DNA of 64,000 nt from assembly GCA_973895155.1 (NCBI GenBank), contig OZ316892.1, positions 25,009,233-25,073,232 on the forward strand. The letters are read 5' to 3'. Both the position numbers and the translations under genes were made by a program. How positions within the stretch are numbered: position 1 is the first letter of the stretch; each line of letters starts with the position of its first letter. The stretch comes from Marsupella aquatica (taxonomy: Eukaryota > Plantae > Marchantiophyta). Below, one piece after another: positions 1 through 14,057 of this stretch. The notes below the pieces were generated by a model. The model was not told the DNA's origin and did not search any database. It saw only the letters and a program-made list of their open reading frames with translations.

Positions 1-109
1 GGCCATTCTGGAGGCTAGGACCATAGAGGAGCTTAGCATTGAAGTCAACGATGCTAGAGCTAAGTGTTAAGGTAGTCGAGTTCCGTGACTGCCTTGTACT
101 TTGGTTAGA

Positions 110-660
110 GTCAAGATTATTTGATAGAGTCGAGGTTGATGTTCTGTCAAGTGTTCTTCTCGATTGAGCCTTTGTTTATGTTCTGGCAACACGTTCTTTC
201 CACAAGAGTCATGCTTGCCATGTAACAAAATCTAAGTGTTCAAGCAGAGCCTAGTACTTTTCTTAAAGAGACATGATTAATAGAGTATTAGTTGATGTTC
301 TACCAAATGCTTCTTTTCTATGGAATAGTGGTTTATGTTATGACAACATTTATTTCCAATCAAGTCATGCCTCTTTTGTAATAGAGTTCAAGTGTTTAGA
401 CAAAATAAGTCTAGTAGTTTGAATAAAAGTCATGATTAATTTATAGTCTTGGTTTATTTATGGCAAACTTGGGCCAGAGCGGGCAGCAACATTGGGAACT
501 TGGGCCGGAGCGGCCAACAATAAGTGAAGAGTTTCAAAGCATAAACCCTAAGTCAATGACACAAAGTTGATCGGGCCAGAGTGGGTGACAAAATGATAAA
601 ATATTGTTTATGTCTTAGCAAACTTGGGCCAATGCAGACAAAACATTGGGGACTAGGACA
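110..660. repeat. Degenerate tandem repeat, period roughly 140-160 bp
   Basis: Recurring gtttatgtt(c/a)tg(g/a)caac-like, agtcatg and aacttgggcc(a/g)gag motifs at ~175, ~331, ~452 and ~607. Confidence 0.55.
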
Positions 661-3279
661 GGTAAGGCATGGAGCCCCGGGAAAATGGGAGAGCATTAAC
701 TTGACATAGATTTAATGCCTTGTGTTGTCTTAACTATGGACTCAAATAGATAGCTTTGGGAGCAATAATTGGAGCCGAATGAGAGCCCTCATAGCTGTCG
801 ATCCTCATTCCTGATGACAATGCACAATGGAATCACCCTTAGTTTACATATAGGGTAATGACACTTTAGTCTAGGGTTAATAATCTATAACCCTATGACC
901 AGAAAATGAGGAAATGAGGAAATGCTCACTAGCAAGAGGTTTTATGAGCTTTGTGTGAACAGTGAACAGGTTTCCAACTAGAACCCCAACCCAAAGAGTC
1001 ATTATCATAATATACCTGCCCCCGGAACAAGATTATGGGGCAAGATTTTGAGGGCAGTGGGTTATGGAAATGGTGGCTAGTAGAAAAGGTTATTCATGAG
1101 GAATTACTATGGCTACTTTTACTTTCCTGTACATTTGATTGACGTAACATCTCGGCGCCACCTTCTAGTGTACTCTTTCTGTCTGCTCTCTGGCGTGTTT
1201 GTTCGTGGAAGGTGGGCGCGGGCCCTTGGCTATGGCGCCCGTCATGCGTTGAGTAGGAGCTTGTCCATTGGGCCGACGACGCTGATTGCAACGCACGAGG
1301 AGGTCGTGGTGACCGAAAAGTAGAGGATGATGACGCGGAATCGCTTACTGATCGACACGATCGTTCTGTTTGTCAATTTGTCTTGAAGTGCTCGGAGTGT
1401 TTAATCGAAGAGCGAGAACCGACAAGCGGAGGCCGACTTGGTACAGACTCCAGAAATCCAATACGATTTCGCAAGTGGTGCCACCGATGAATCCCCGAAA
1501 TTGGCTGAAACGGATCGTGCGATTCACTGAGGTGCATTGGCCCCGCAGCAATTTGCATCGTAGGGCGTGAAAGGTTCGCTTTCGAAAGATCGATCCTGCG
1601 GTTGCGTTTCAGTCGTAGGCGCGAGAGCACTGAAATAGGCGCTATTGATAGGCAGCACAATGATGTATATGAGTATATCGCGTGGCTTGAAATTTGCAAA
1701 CTAATGATTATTGCAGTACTATTGTCGTCACACGATACCGATGATTGAGGAGATCAATCGAACCAAATTACCAAAGTGACGAGGATCTTATATTCTGCTT
1801 GGAAAAACAACAGCCAGGTCGACCTAGTTAGTTTGAAAATTCAAATTTGTGGAGAGCCGGTCCGACCGAGGTCGTCCTAGAAGAACGGGCAGCCGTTAGG
1901 GGTTGATGACGATGTTGTGAACTTGTGATCCTCATAACTTCCAAAGTGACTTTGCTACATAGTTTTGTCGTTTTACGTGAAGAAAATGTCGAATTTTTTT
2001 TCTTCGTATCGATACGGACAAACCAGCTTATCCTTCGCTGCGGAAGCAAATGCTTGCTAATAACTAAACTCTCGTTCGGGCTCCCTAACACTAGGCTAAC
2101 ACTAGCGCTTTCTCGTTTTTGTAACTATGGTTTTTTTTTTTTTTGCCTTGAAAACCGAAAGCAGGCCCATCCAACAGAGGATAGACGTCCTGCTTTGGAG
2201 CATGGACTATGGTTTTTGTAACTATGGTTTTTGTTATCTGTTGATATTCTCCACATACAATAGCTGTAATTTCACCAAGAAGCCTCAATTTCCTTAATCG
2301 CTTATCAAGGATGCTGATCTTGCAACACGATCGCTTCATTGTTTTCGTTGAACACGCTCACAGCGAGGAAGTTTTAAAATTGCAGCATATCGACTTCAAT
2401 CTGGTTGACCGTGGGCTTTGTCGAGAGACCTTTTGGCCTTCAAAGATTGTTGTAAGTACAGCATCAAGCTGAAGAGGGGCTGAAAAGAAGCTCAGAGTGG
2501 AATTGGACGTTCATGTGCTGTAATCTGGTGGACCCGGCGCTAGGATAGGACCGGTCTCTGCTCTGTCCTTTTCAGATCATTTACCTTGTAAGAAAGTCGA
2601 ATATCTTTTAGCGACCACAGCTTCAATTCCCATAACCCTCCACAATCTCCTTTGATTGATTGCCATTTTGTTTTCTATGATCTAACTATAGCAAAATCAA
2701 TATCACTTCGAGCGGCCGAATTTTTTACATTCTACTGTCATTGCATTAATGTATCTTGAAGTCGATGCTTCACTGTTCTCATCAGATGTAATCAAGTTCT
2801 GCAGCCGTTTCCTCGTCAGAAGTAACCTACCACCGAGAGCTCTCGAGTGAACTGTCTTGTAATGGATCGCGTCATTGTTCTAGTCAGGTACTGTTCCTCG
2901 ACAAAGTAATCTTTCAGTCTACAGCCTCTTCTTGTTCGTTTAAGTTAATCAAAGCTTGTAAGCAGGCTTGTAAGTACTGTAATTGTATTTGTGATTCAAG
3001 CGCTTTACAACTTTCTTCCGATACATAAATTCCTCATTACATATCGTCGTTTAGTCAGTCTCTTTATTGACTCTAAGCACAAAGATATCTTCAAGGCAAA
3101 AACGAAGAGCTTTTAGAGGACCTCTTCACTATTGTCTCAGATAATCTCCTCGCGACGATAATTATCATTGAGTTGACTATGCCATTCGATCTTCAACGTA
3201 TACCAGGTCCTTTCACCGTCACAATGGATGACACCTGAATTCCGAAGATACTCGCGAAGATATCGTTGCCTGACCTTGC

Positions 3280-3720
3280 TGTTGATTACAATAAGAGGAC
3301 TTAATTATTACTCTTGTGACCAAGTGCTTTGGTACAAAGTTGTTGAACTACCCTAGTTGTCAGCGTATCTCTCATTCGCTAACAACTTATTAATGAAGGC
3401 ATTCTCTTCAGTCAAACAACGTCATAAACTCGAGATGTGAAGAGTAGTGTTCGAATGCTTTGATAGTCGTTGGTTCTGCAAAGAGCGTTGGCCAAAAGAC
3501 TTCATCCTTACTCGTTGGAACTCGGCCTTGGTCTTTGACTCGACTACTGCTGCTGTGGCTGTGTACTTCGTCAAGGTGCCCTGCACGGAAGCGGTCAGAT
3601 GGATAGCCCGTACTAGTTGATAACGCCTGGACTCTTCGTTGATCGCGACTGTGGGATGTACCAAGGGGGGAGAGATAACATCCACATGCACGTTCGCTGA
3701 TCCTGCTGCAGGTTCAGTCC
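3280..3720 (-). mobile_element. Highly decayed Ty1/Copia pol remnant (RNase H region)
   Basis: The minus-strand translation gives 'ESRR...AAVVESKTKAEFQ' (compare D.RRSTSG...VALSTTEAEY) and, near 3310-3345, 'LCTKALGH' (compare AD.LTKAL). No LTR pair was found. Confidence 0.45.
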
Positions 3721-5185
3721 GGTTCTGGCACCAGCCATCGCAGGGTGTCTGTTATGCAGGAGCTCGCGTACAATGATGTTCAACTGCCTAAGCGCATAGA
3801 CTTGGTCATGAACAATGTCAGTCAGTGACTTTCCGACTCAGGTAAGTTAGCACGTCAGCGACTAAAGGTTCGACCGTAGTTAGTAAAGCGACTTGGTATA
3901 TATTCATGGCCAGTTACAAGCTAATCAGGTTCTGCTGCATTGCTGTCTCGATCGAACTACACTAAATGATTTTCAGACCTTGGAGCAACCTGCAACAAGA
4001 ATTTTCAGACCGACCTCGTACTTGGAGTGTAGTGGCAGGTAACCGATACACCTTATTTTCAGAGCAATCAGCTGACCTGCTCTGTACTGTGCCAAATTAC
4101 TATTCCCCCTGTGCGCTGAAGATACACCATGTGCAGCAAGCTGAGAGGACATCAGAAAGGTCGGCATCATCATAAATGGACAGAGTGTCGATAGCCAGGA
4201 TATACAAATTCATTAACTATTGCGCTCACAATGGAGGTCACGACGAGCTCGCTCTACTGTTGTTTTAGTACACATCAACGTCCAGTTCGATTTTCAGCCC
4301 CAAGCGTCATAGAGCAGTCAGCAGATTTTACAACGAAACATTCAAATGCTCTAAATCACGGCGATTCCATCTTTCGTTGTGTCTTTAGATACAGGGTAAC
4401 GACTCTGCATGATCCAAGTAAAAGAAAAAGAACGAGTACGCCGGGAATTCGAATTCATCTGTAAGATTTGATGCAATAACAGCTTTTAGCTAACAAGCAA
4501 AACTAAAGAACCAATTGCGTATCCATCATTGTGCCAGAGTAAAAACAATGCATATGACAAGTACGCGATGATGCGGGCATAGAATATCACATGTTGAAAG
4601 TTGTGGACCTGCATAATACTACGAAGGCAACAAGACGCATTGCCCTTCACATTATAACCAGGTGAAGCTGCTAACTATTGTACATGGAGAAACGTTTTTC
4701 TTTCTAAAATTTACTTATCCTGCAATAGCTCTACTGTACTCTACAAGTAGCGTGCGAACCTGTACAAGTCAAAGAGTAAGCTTAGTACATCATCCCCAAG
4801 AGACCTTCAAAGGGGACTGTACAAGTCAAGAGAGTCTATTTAGTACATGATCCCTGGCGAACCTTCAAATGGGGACCGTAATACTGCTCAAGGCCATGAA
4901 CTCATTTCCGTATGTCGATACTCGCGATTTTCACTGATTGCACCCTGGGATCGGGGAATCGCCATCTACCTACCTTTCATCTTTTCCAAATTTTAATAGA
5001 TCTGACATGTCCTATGCATGCTTGTCTCGCCACGGTCCGGAGAGCGCGCATTCATAAAGTTGATATTGATGGTCGCTCCAACACTAACATCTCAGCTTGT
5101 TACGCCCTAACGTAAAAACAATTCTTCTAGTCCATCGTTCCACTCTACAAGTTCATCGCTAATTAATAGTACAAGCCAGAAGGAC

Positions 5186-6763
5186 TTAAGTTGGTATTTC
5201 CAAACCGAGTAGTCTGGGCATGCATCGTCGTTTCCAGAGGGCCGCTTCAGTAGCAGGCTGAAGAATGACAGCAGATGGAGCACATTTTATGATGAGATTC
5301 GAATAAGAGATGGAATTGTACGCATACTTACTAGGGTTGATGCTATCATCATTTTGCTCTTTCCCTTCTATCTCTTCCTTCCACGATCTTTGATTTGCAG
5401 CCCCTTCGGGATGCTGCTGCGAGCGCACACGGATGTCGGGCAGTTTCTTTCCCGTAACGTGCTGGTAGAATCTCGTATCCCTGAATGATGGAGTTTTCGC
5501 CGGAAAGTCACCTGCTGCAAATCGGCTGAGGTCGATTTCACAGTTTTCACATTCAGTTTCTGATCGTTCCGATTTCGGCGACCTTGGAGAAGTTTCACCA
5601 GAACTCCATCCACAAACAAACCCAGCCTTAACCATAGACGATCCCAATTTCTGTTTCAAGAAATGATTGAGATATCGAATAGAATTTCTCTGGCTAGGGG
5701 ACTTAACTCCTTCGTCCTCCATCGTTTTCTCCTCCTCCACAACTCTTTTGCACCGCATCAATCTAGCCGAATTATTTACGCAACTAGGATCGAAGTAACT
5801 CAAATTCTCCTCCGAAGTGTTTCTGCCTGCCAGATCCAAATGCGGTATGTCATGGACCGGTATGTCAAAGGGTATCTGCTTGTTATGCAATTTCAAGGAG
5901 AACTCTTTTTGTAGTTTGAAAGATTCCTCTTTCTGTCGCTTGAAAGATTCTTCTTTCTGAACCTTGAAAGACTCCTCCTTTCGTAGCTTGAAGGACTCCA
6001 CGTTTTTCAGCCTAAACGACTCCTCCTTCTGCAACTTAAATGACTCTCCCTTGTGCAGCTTGAAGGACTGCCGTTTCTCAAGCATAGCTGTAGAGTAAGT
6101 CTTGCTGCTGATGTGCACAGAATGGGGAATTACTCCATCATTAATATCCATACGGGCCAAGTCCTCAGCGACCGCCTCGACCGCTTTTGCTGTCTTCACT
6201 TGCCTGTGTTTTACCTGTCCTATGCAGGACAATTGAGGTGATTGCGGCTCGCCCGTCTTCTCATTCACCCGGCTCGTGTCAACAGGAATTAAAGAGAAAA
6301 AGGTCCTTTGCGAACCGCCGGATGGATCGCAATTCGGAGACAAATGGATGTCTCTCTCAGCGACAACCGATTCTCCGAGGAAACAAGCCAGCAGAGGATG
6401 TCGAGAGTAAGCTAGGCTTCTTCGCCTGACGTTTGCCTTAAAGCCTTTCTGCGATGCTGACTGCCTCATTTTCGGACTGGCGGCTATCAAGAAATGTCTT
6501 CCGATGCTGAATGTTTCGCACACAACTCTCGCGTCGCGCCTACCACTACCCATTTGAGTGGGAAAGCTCCTAACCTCATCACGCCTCCCGCTGCCCATTT
6601 GAGTGGGGAAGCCACTGAACTCGTCACGCTTTGCACTCACCATGTGGGTTGGAAAGTTGCCCACCTCTTCGTCTGAATGAAACAAGTTGAGGTCCAGGAA
6701 GAAATGAGGATCACTTTCTGCCCTTCGGTGAAATACCCGTGAGTCCTCCGAGGACGCGTCCAT
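5186..6763 (-). CDS. Plant-specific protein of unknown function, 525 aa, single exon, resembling the At1g76070/syringolide-induced 14-1-1-like family
   Basis: Uninterrupted 525-aa ORF with EPQSPQLSCIGQVK (family motif EPxSPKxSCIGQ) and a C-terminal ALWKRR motif. It contains internal tandem peptide repeats. Confidence 0.8.
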   Translation of the reverse strand: MDASSEDSRVFHRRAESDPHFFLDLNLFHSDEEVGNFPTHMVSAKRDEFSGFPTQMGSGRRDEVRSFPTQMGSGRRDARVVCETFSIGRHFLIAASPKMRQSASQKGFKANVRRRSLAYSRHPLLACFLGESVVAERDIHLSPNCDPSGGSQRTFFSLIPVDTSRVNEKTGEPQSPQLSCIGQVKHRQVKTAKAVEAVAEDLARMDINDGVIPHSVHISSKTYSTAMLEKRQSFKLHKGESFKLQKEESFRLKNVESFKLRKEESFKVQKEESFKRQKEESFKLQKEFSLKLHNKQIPFDIPVHDIPHLDLAGRNTSEENLSYFDPSCVNNSARLMRCKRVVEEEKTMEDEGVKSPSQRNSIRYLNHFLKQKLGSSMVKAGFVCGWSSGETSPRSPKSERSETECENCEIDLSRFAAGDFPAKTPSFRDTRFYQHVTGKKLPDIRVRSQQHPEGAANQRSWKEEIEGKEQNDDSINPSKYAYNSISYSNLIIKCAPSAVILQPATEAALWKRRCMPRLLGLEIPT

Positions 6764-8308
6764 TGCTCGGATACTAAAGCCCCGAGCTTGCTCTCCTGTC
6801 TTAACCCTTTCTCTCTGCGCCTGCGAAGCAAGACTCCTCGTTTCTTCCCAGATGTCCCTCCTACGGTCTTTTCGATGTAGACATTATAGGAGACAGCAAC
6901 AGCGAAGCTGCACACTTTCCCGAGTGAAACTTATGGTATGCCGATTCTCCAACTCGTGAGGTATTCGAACCGTAAAAATGCGAACGGGCCCTCGAAGACC
7001 CCAGCAATGCTGGACACGAACTACGGCAACTGCGTCAGCTGTTGAGATTTTAAAACCATCGAGACCCAACTGGCCCTTGCTGTCAAATGGGTTTCTCTAT
7101 GTGATTCTTCCTATCATCTTTCCAATGCTTGCCATATTCTATTCCTCTCGTCACCGAAATGACAATCTAGAGCAAAGAGGAGGACAGACCGAATTTTGCT
7201 TCAGCAGACAACGAGCGACAGGTTCTATTCAATATACCGTACATTGGGGACCCTCAGTCGGGAGGACAGCAGCAGGATGACATACTAAACCACTGCCCAA
7301 TTTGCTACGCACGTACAAGCCAGTGTCACCAGCACTTTCCGAAGACAATATCGAACAGACTTTCACTGATTTCTTAGAACTAGGGACAGACAGAAAGCGA
7401 TGACCGCCCACGAGCCTGAATGACCCTTTCCTACGGAGTTCCCCCACCAGGCAAGAAACACTGCAGGATTCCCACAAGGAGAGACATGCGAGCGCATGAG
7501 CAAATGAGGTAGGACAGTGTTGACGGGAATTTTGCACCACACAAACAGAAGCGCTAGACGGATCCGGGTGAAACGGTAGAACGAAGCAGAGTGCAGCAAG
7601 TTTCTGTCAACAGAGCATTTCGTGCTGCATCTCGACGCTGACTCCCGATAGCAATGGGAAGCGAGTAAGATTGTGCAGCCAAGTTTTGTTTCGAGACGTA
7701 AGTAAACTATGCGACGTGAGAAAGCCGGCTACGTAGGAGAGGAAGCAAGCATACGGAAAGGGGACAGTATCTGAACACCGGCAGTAAGAGATAGAATTGA
7801 GTGGATTGACTGTCCGCTCACCTTCATGCCAGTGTGATCTATTATGGAGAGAAAACAGTTAGCGGGAGAACACCGCCCATGTTATTGTGCAGAGATGGAA
7901 TTGTCTACACAAGAGCAATACATCAGAGAAATACATCCAGGTACGAGAGGAGGGGGCTTTTCCTAGTGTGCCCCGACAGGAAAGGAAGAATGCGAACTGA
8001 ACCAGAGACAGGAGTCGACGACCGGATATATGGTCTCCAGAGTCCAGAAATGCAATACGAAGCACTGGCAAGGAAATTCAGGAAAGCTGCATGCTTTGCC
8101 AGCGCTGTCGGTGTCTCGCCGAGTCGAACAGCCCGGGTACGAGGCATCCTGGTGTAATTCTTGTTCTTGTACAGTACGTAGGAAGAAGGTTAGATGGGAG
8201 CTTGAGCCAGGAACAGACAGTGAATTGAACGTAATCAGACGGGCCCCACAGAACTGTACATTCCGTTTACCCGTCCTGTACTCCCTGAAGCGCTCTGCAT
8301 CCCCCTCC

Positions 8309-8325
8309 CTCTCTCTCTCTCTCTC
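8309..8325. repeat. (CT)n microsatellite upstream of the 5186-6763 gene
   Basis: Read directly from the sequence. Confidence 0.85.
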
Positions 8326-11300
8326 GCTCTCCCTCCTTCAGTGCATTCACTGATAGCCCCTCTTCTTCACCTAATTCCAATTTATTTACATTTATTGTGG
8401 ATTTCGCATTTTCATTCGATGGACGGTAACAAGACCCACACCTATCACGTTCACAAAATGCCAGAGGCTCTTCACGGTTGAAGATTTTGAGGTCCTGCTT
8501 TTCATAACTGACGCCAAGCCTTGCACGCATTGTCTCCTTCGTTCACTCTACGATATTAATATTAATGAGGTTGACGGTTAGTGAAAAATCATTTATTATA
8601 ACCCTTTGGGCCCCATTCTTAGATGCTCCCTGCCATTTAGGTGACCCTCAACTCTTTCAAGTGTCAAGTCTTTTATGTGCAAAGGGCTTGTGGATAAAAT
8701 CTTTATGTGCAATGGGCTTTGGTAAACCCCACTTTAGGATAGGAACAGCAAGTCTACTTGTGAGCTCGGAACTTCACTTGTCACTAATTACTGCTGCCCT
8801 TGGACTTTGCTTGTTGATGCAAATAATGCCCAGACTAATGTCAAGAAAACTCTACAATTATGTGTATCTTTACAATAAGTAGCATTTGTAAATGTGAAGA
8901 CTGACATCCATATATGTTCACCTTGTGTATGTGATGGGCAGTGTCCAATAACTTGCAACATTGAATGACAAAAATTAATGGGCAAAAATAAATGAGTTTT
9001 CCAAGTGGTGATACCTTTTAGGGAGATTGCTCAGGCCACTTTGCCTTTCTGAGATTTTGGTTACGTATTTTTTGTGTTGAGATTTGCCTAAGACAAGGTC
9101 CATTTTGTATTATTAGATTTTGGACTTGCTTTTGCCCCTTTCTTAATGCATGTTTTTCACACTTTCTTCTCCTATAATTACCCCCTCTTAAGCTCCATAT
9201 TTATTTTTTGATCTTGCCCATCCCTTTATTAACTTGTGATATTTTACTCTTTTTATTAAAATAACATTTAATTGACAGTTCATACGTGAGGGATAGCTTG
9301 GCTAGAATAAAGCCAACTGCTCCCCTTCTAAGTACTCTTTCCACCATTGCTTTCCTAAATATATGGTTTCGATTGATTTATGTGTCACTACTAAAGTCAT
9401 TATCGGAGAAGTACATGAAAGTCCAATTTTTTAGAAGCTAAACATTGTCTTTCAGAAAGTTATGACACGTGGGGAGGGTTGTGGGGCACCACTTTGTAAG
9501 GCCATGAGCGCCAAGGAGATGACACAGGAACCCAGACACAAAACCCAATTTATTCTTGCTTTAAGTTGGTTCATAAAAAATTATCCCAGTTCTAAAAGGA
9601 ATGATTACTTATTCTCCTACATATCAGAAGCTTTTTGAGGGGGAACACTACTAGGCAAGCTACTTTACTTTCAAGACCGTTAGCTATCTCTCAAAAATTG
9701 TTTTGCTGATTTATCTCTATATTATATTATAGTCTTCAAAAAAACTTTAATACCACACAAGAAAGGTTCGTCAAAGTTAGAGCAAATTGAAAAATTCTAT
9801 CGTCGACTCTAAGGGAATATCATAGAGTGGACTAAGATGACAATGCGTGCAGTCACTAATGAAAAGCATGAGCTCAAAGTCTGCACCTTCGTCAAATTCA
9901 GTCTCTTTCTTCTTTTCTGTTTTATTCTTTCACATGGCAAGGACAAGGTCTTTCATCTTTGACAAAGTGATCCGAGCCAGGTCTTCTTCCATCATTCTCC
10001 AATGGCAATGGTTGAAACCAGTCCATGAACTTGATTAGCCTCGTTCAATACAGATATTCAAAAGTTGAAGGTGACTCGCTCCCTTTGCTCATCCATTTCT
10101 TTCCTAACGCAGTACTCAGCATTCCTGCTTAATTGGGATTCAAATGAATTGTTGTGGATATGAACATATCCCAAGGAAATACGATTTATTTATTTTTCTA
10201 AACCTACTTCCATTGTTTATCTGTTAGTTGTCCCTTTTTACAGGTTTTGACCTGTCTGGTGCCTTCGTTTTTCCGTTGGGTTTTTTTTTGGGTCATCATT
10301 TGCTATCTTCATTTGAGGTTCAAGTTTGTTCTCTCGTGATATCCGTTTATGTTTTCTCCATCGTACTTTGTTTTGCCTTCTTTTAGTGCACTGGTCCTTT
10401 TCTCATATGGCAATTACCAACCAACGTTGACCTTGCATGTCAAGTGTTTGGCACTGAAATCATTCATGCAAAACCTTATAAGTTTAGCGACATAAATAAT
10501 ACTAATCATACCAGAAATCCTAACTAAATATCGCTACATTTCTACCTCAATCATGACATTCATGCTTGGCATTTAATGTGGAGCATGCAAAGAGACTCGC
10601 TCTGTCCATGCTTCATCATTCCATTTCTGTACTTCTGATATCAGGCATGAGGATCTTGGACCTGTCTGCAACTCTATTCTCCCAAACTTGATTTTGAATA
10701 TAGAAACTGTTGAAGATAAAGACCAGAAGTTTGAACACTTCATGGATATTTGATGATGATGCACCCATCTCTTTTGATAGCAGTCTGCCTGGCTGAGTGT
10801 AACCCGTTGCGAGTAGCCTCAGCCCAAGTTGCACTTATTTAGTTCTTTCATTTCCAATCATATTTAAGGGAGCTTCAACGCGTTCTTTTTTCCGATCAGC
10901 AAGGAGAACTTGAGGTTCCTTCTTCTTTACTAGGGTGTCTCCAAGCTGACAATTTGATGGACCTTAACTCCCTAGTTACGGGTTAAGGACACAAAAAATT
11001 ATGGACCACCAAATTCATAGTCCATAACTTTTTGACATAAGGATTGGTTGTATGTCATTACCACTGGTCATGGTAGAGGCTGGTGAAAGGAAAAAAAACC
11101 AAAAAACTTGAGAACTTGGTAGTTCTTAGCCTACTGAGAGGGAAACCCGCATTGAGGGAAAACTCTGCCCTAGCACACTAGTAGTGGAGGTGTGTGAATC
11201 TGACCCAAGGGCGATAGAAACCATTGGATTGTTCCACATGACAATCTCACAATCTAAGAAATATTGTGGCTAACCCGGTTTAAGTCACATGACCCATGAC

Positions 11301-11764
11301 AAAAAGTGGCATTTTAGTAATTAATCCTTAAAAAGTAGCAAGTAATGAAATCTGACAAACAATTGTAGCAATTGAGAAGTATGTGTGTTTGCCTTCTCAT
11401 ATTCCTTAATACATGTTCATGTCATAGGAAGGAGTGAGTTCTACCCAGGACCCAAATCTTTTATCATCTTTGCAGAATGATGACTCTTTTCCATTAGAAG
11501 GGATTTTGTGAGACAGTGAGCTTAGAAAGCTGGTTCCAGAACCTCGCCTAGTTTTTGACAGTTTGTGCATGAAGGCCATGGAGAGAGGGGCTTGCAAGAG
11601 TAAGCACACCATGAACAGGTGGGGTTAATGACGAACAGCAACAAGACATTGTGACTATTGTGTCAAGTACAGTATGATGTATTATTTTTGGGTAAGGCTT
11701 ACCCATAACTACCTGCCATAGCCTAACCGGGAGCCTAACTGTTTAACAATCCTTGACAAGTGAC

Positions 11765-11953
11765 TAGGTGGCTAATTCTTAGTTGATTTGAAGCCAATAA
11801 AGATAAACACTTATTTCATGCATATGTTGAAAAAGAAACTTACTGAGATTTGAGCCAAAAGTGGGTAGGTGGCTACTTCTTAGCTGACTTAAAGTCCATC
11901 AAGATAAACACTTACTTCATGCATCTTTGGAAAAAAACAAACTGAGATTGAGC
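11765..11953. repeat. Diverged tandem duplication, ~102-bp period
   Basis: taggtggcta..tcttag.tga.tt.aag.c.at.aagataaacactta.ttcatgcat...actgagat occurs at 11765 and 11867. Confidence 0.8.
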
Positions 11954-12456
11954 TCAGGGGGAAGTGCCCTCTTTGGGAAAGCACAGGTTACAAGGTTGAA
12001 GTAAGCTAGGTACACCCAGTTTCCTCTTAAACCGCCACTAGCCAAGACCAAAATGTGGTTACATAGTTTTCACCATTTTTAGTACTTTTCCCAAAATTGT
12101 GGAGCAAAGTCTTACGATAGAGGAAAAGAATGTGAAAAAGTGAGAAGTTTTGGACACTCCTCCTTTTATATGGCCAATGGTGGTTTAATCAAAACACACC
12201 CCACCCAAAGTGGAGTACACTAGATGCACTTTGGTCTCAGCCTTAGAAAACTCAACTGACAATCAGGCAACGGGAGGAGTGAGTTGGGCAGGGGACTCAA
12301 GGCTCATTATGAGCCTTCAATATTGGCTTTTGTCATGAAGTTGTGATCCATCTGAGTGGACAATGTCATTCCACTTTCTAGTCCTGAGGATTTGCTGGCA
12401 CTTGGAGTGTGGTACAAATGGGAACCCATTTTGTGCACTTGAAGTGCTCCCCCTTT

Positions 12457-13664
12457 GCATGTTTGGACTTAACAGGCCCCTTTCGCTTCTTGTGGACTTA
12501 ACAGTTCAACAAGATCATTTTAAGACTTAAAAGGGCCCCTATCACTGTGCACCATTGTGTGTTCTTCTAGGGTCCTTCTGGCACAGTTTCACAGGGAGGA
12601 ACATGCTAAGTTCATTGCAGTAGCACAAAATGGTAGGATGGAGCTAGCAAACTTTTAGCGGAGGCTTGTTTACAAAGCAGGGTTTAGGGTCTTAGAGAGT
12701 GGAGTCGGCTTCGCAGTGAGGCCCCGAGTGAGGCTGGGCAGCAATGGTCTGAGGGGCAGGGAGGACAGAAAAATGTTGATGGGACGCGGGGATGTGGAGT
12801 CGGGTGTGGAGTGATGGTCGTTGGCAGGGATTGTGGCGCCCTTAGTATTTCTATGGCACCTTGACTGACAGAAGAAAAATAGGGTGAAGTGCACTTGAAT
12901 TCACAGGACTTCAATCTTGCAGCGCCTATTCCTATATGTGAAAACTGGCGGTGGTGACGTCCAGATGGATGATTGTCTATGGGTGAAGAATGCAGGTCAT
13001 GGGTCCTTTGTCCTATAGTACAGTTTACAAAATGGTGTCATACCCTTAAGAACTATGTCTTGTCTAGGATAGAATGCTTTCCTCTCCAGCACAAGCAGTG
13101 CAGAAATCACTAGCAGCACAAACAACCTCCCTCCATTTGCACAGCACAACAAATGGACCTCAATCCATTTCCAAATTAGACATGATTGGGTTTTTTCCAA
13201 TTGAGTTCCCAATATTCAGCATTTGACCTCCCACCATATTGATTACTTAGTGTTTTTCAATTGCTCCTTGCATTCCTGTCTCCCTCCCCTTTTCAATGGA
13301 GTCCAGATCTTGGGTCAATTGAAATGCTTTCACTCTGATGTGTAAAGAGGCCCTTCTTAGTGAAGCTCTTTCCTCCCCTCCCCTCCTTCCCTCCCTAGCA
13401 CTTGCTTCCACACCAAAAAATTCCACTCCTTCAGCCACACTAGAACTTTTGGCCGAGGTAAACTGCCACTAAATGTGCAATACTGCGGGCTGCACTGTGT
13501 GGTGTTGCACATGTTCTTGTAACATGCTTAGCAAGGAGTTAGAACCCCAGAACAACACACGATGGAGCACAATGATAGGGGCCTGGTTAAGTCTTAAGAT
13601 GATCTCGCTGGACTCTTAAGTCCACAAGATGCTAGAGGGGCCAGGCTATTAAGTCCAAACTTGC
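12457..13664. mobile_element. Non-autonomous DNA transposon with long terminal inverted repeats (Mutator-like or large MITE)
   Basis: 12457-12571 (gcatgtttggacttaacaggcccc...cttgtggacttaa...aagacttaa...ggcccctatca.tgtgc.ccat.gtgtgtt) matches the reverse complement of ~13546-13664 at roughly 80% by eye. There is no coding capacity and no clear TSD. Confidence 0.7.
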
Positions 13665-14057
13665 GGCCTTTGTGTTTATAAAACTGGCCCTTTCCCCTCT
13701 TTTCGTCCCCTTCATTGGGTTGCTTTGCCTTGGAGATCATGTCTCCCGGTTCGGCGTTTTTTGCCCTTGAACACTGTGATATATATTTTCAAAGGCAAAA
13801 AGAAACCTCAACTTGAAGCCAGGCCAATAAAGTATTCGGAGTGGTCAATTGGGATTGCATCAACAGCCCGCCATCCAGTCTCACATGACACAAGAGCAAG
13901 GTCACGTCCATTGTCGACTGGGCAAGTCATATTGAAAAGAATAGGGCCATGTTAAGTCAACCTTTAAAAAGGGGGGGGGGGGGGAGGGGATATGCGAGTC
14001 TTTCTCTCCACTAGTGCCTATAGAATAATACGTTTTGCATAGTGGTGGTGGAGCCAC

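Noticed and set aside
1096-2340. Short ORFs with faint Copia RT-like words (WYRLQKS...PRNW)
   Set aside because: Too degenerate to support a call, and no LTR, PBS or consistent frame was found.
9400-11700. CpG-depleted stretch with short ORFs, probably old TE debris (similarly 26000-28400, 51900-52700 and 55400-56850)
   Set aside because: No diagnostic motifs, termini or TSDs could be read.
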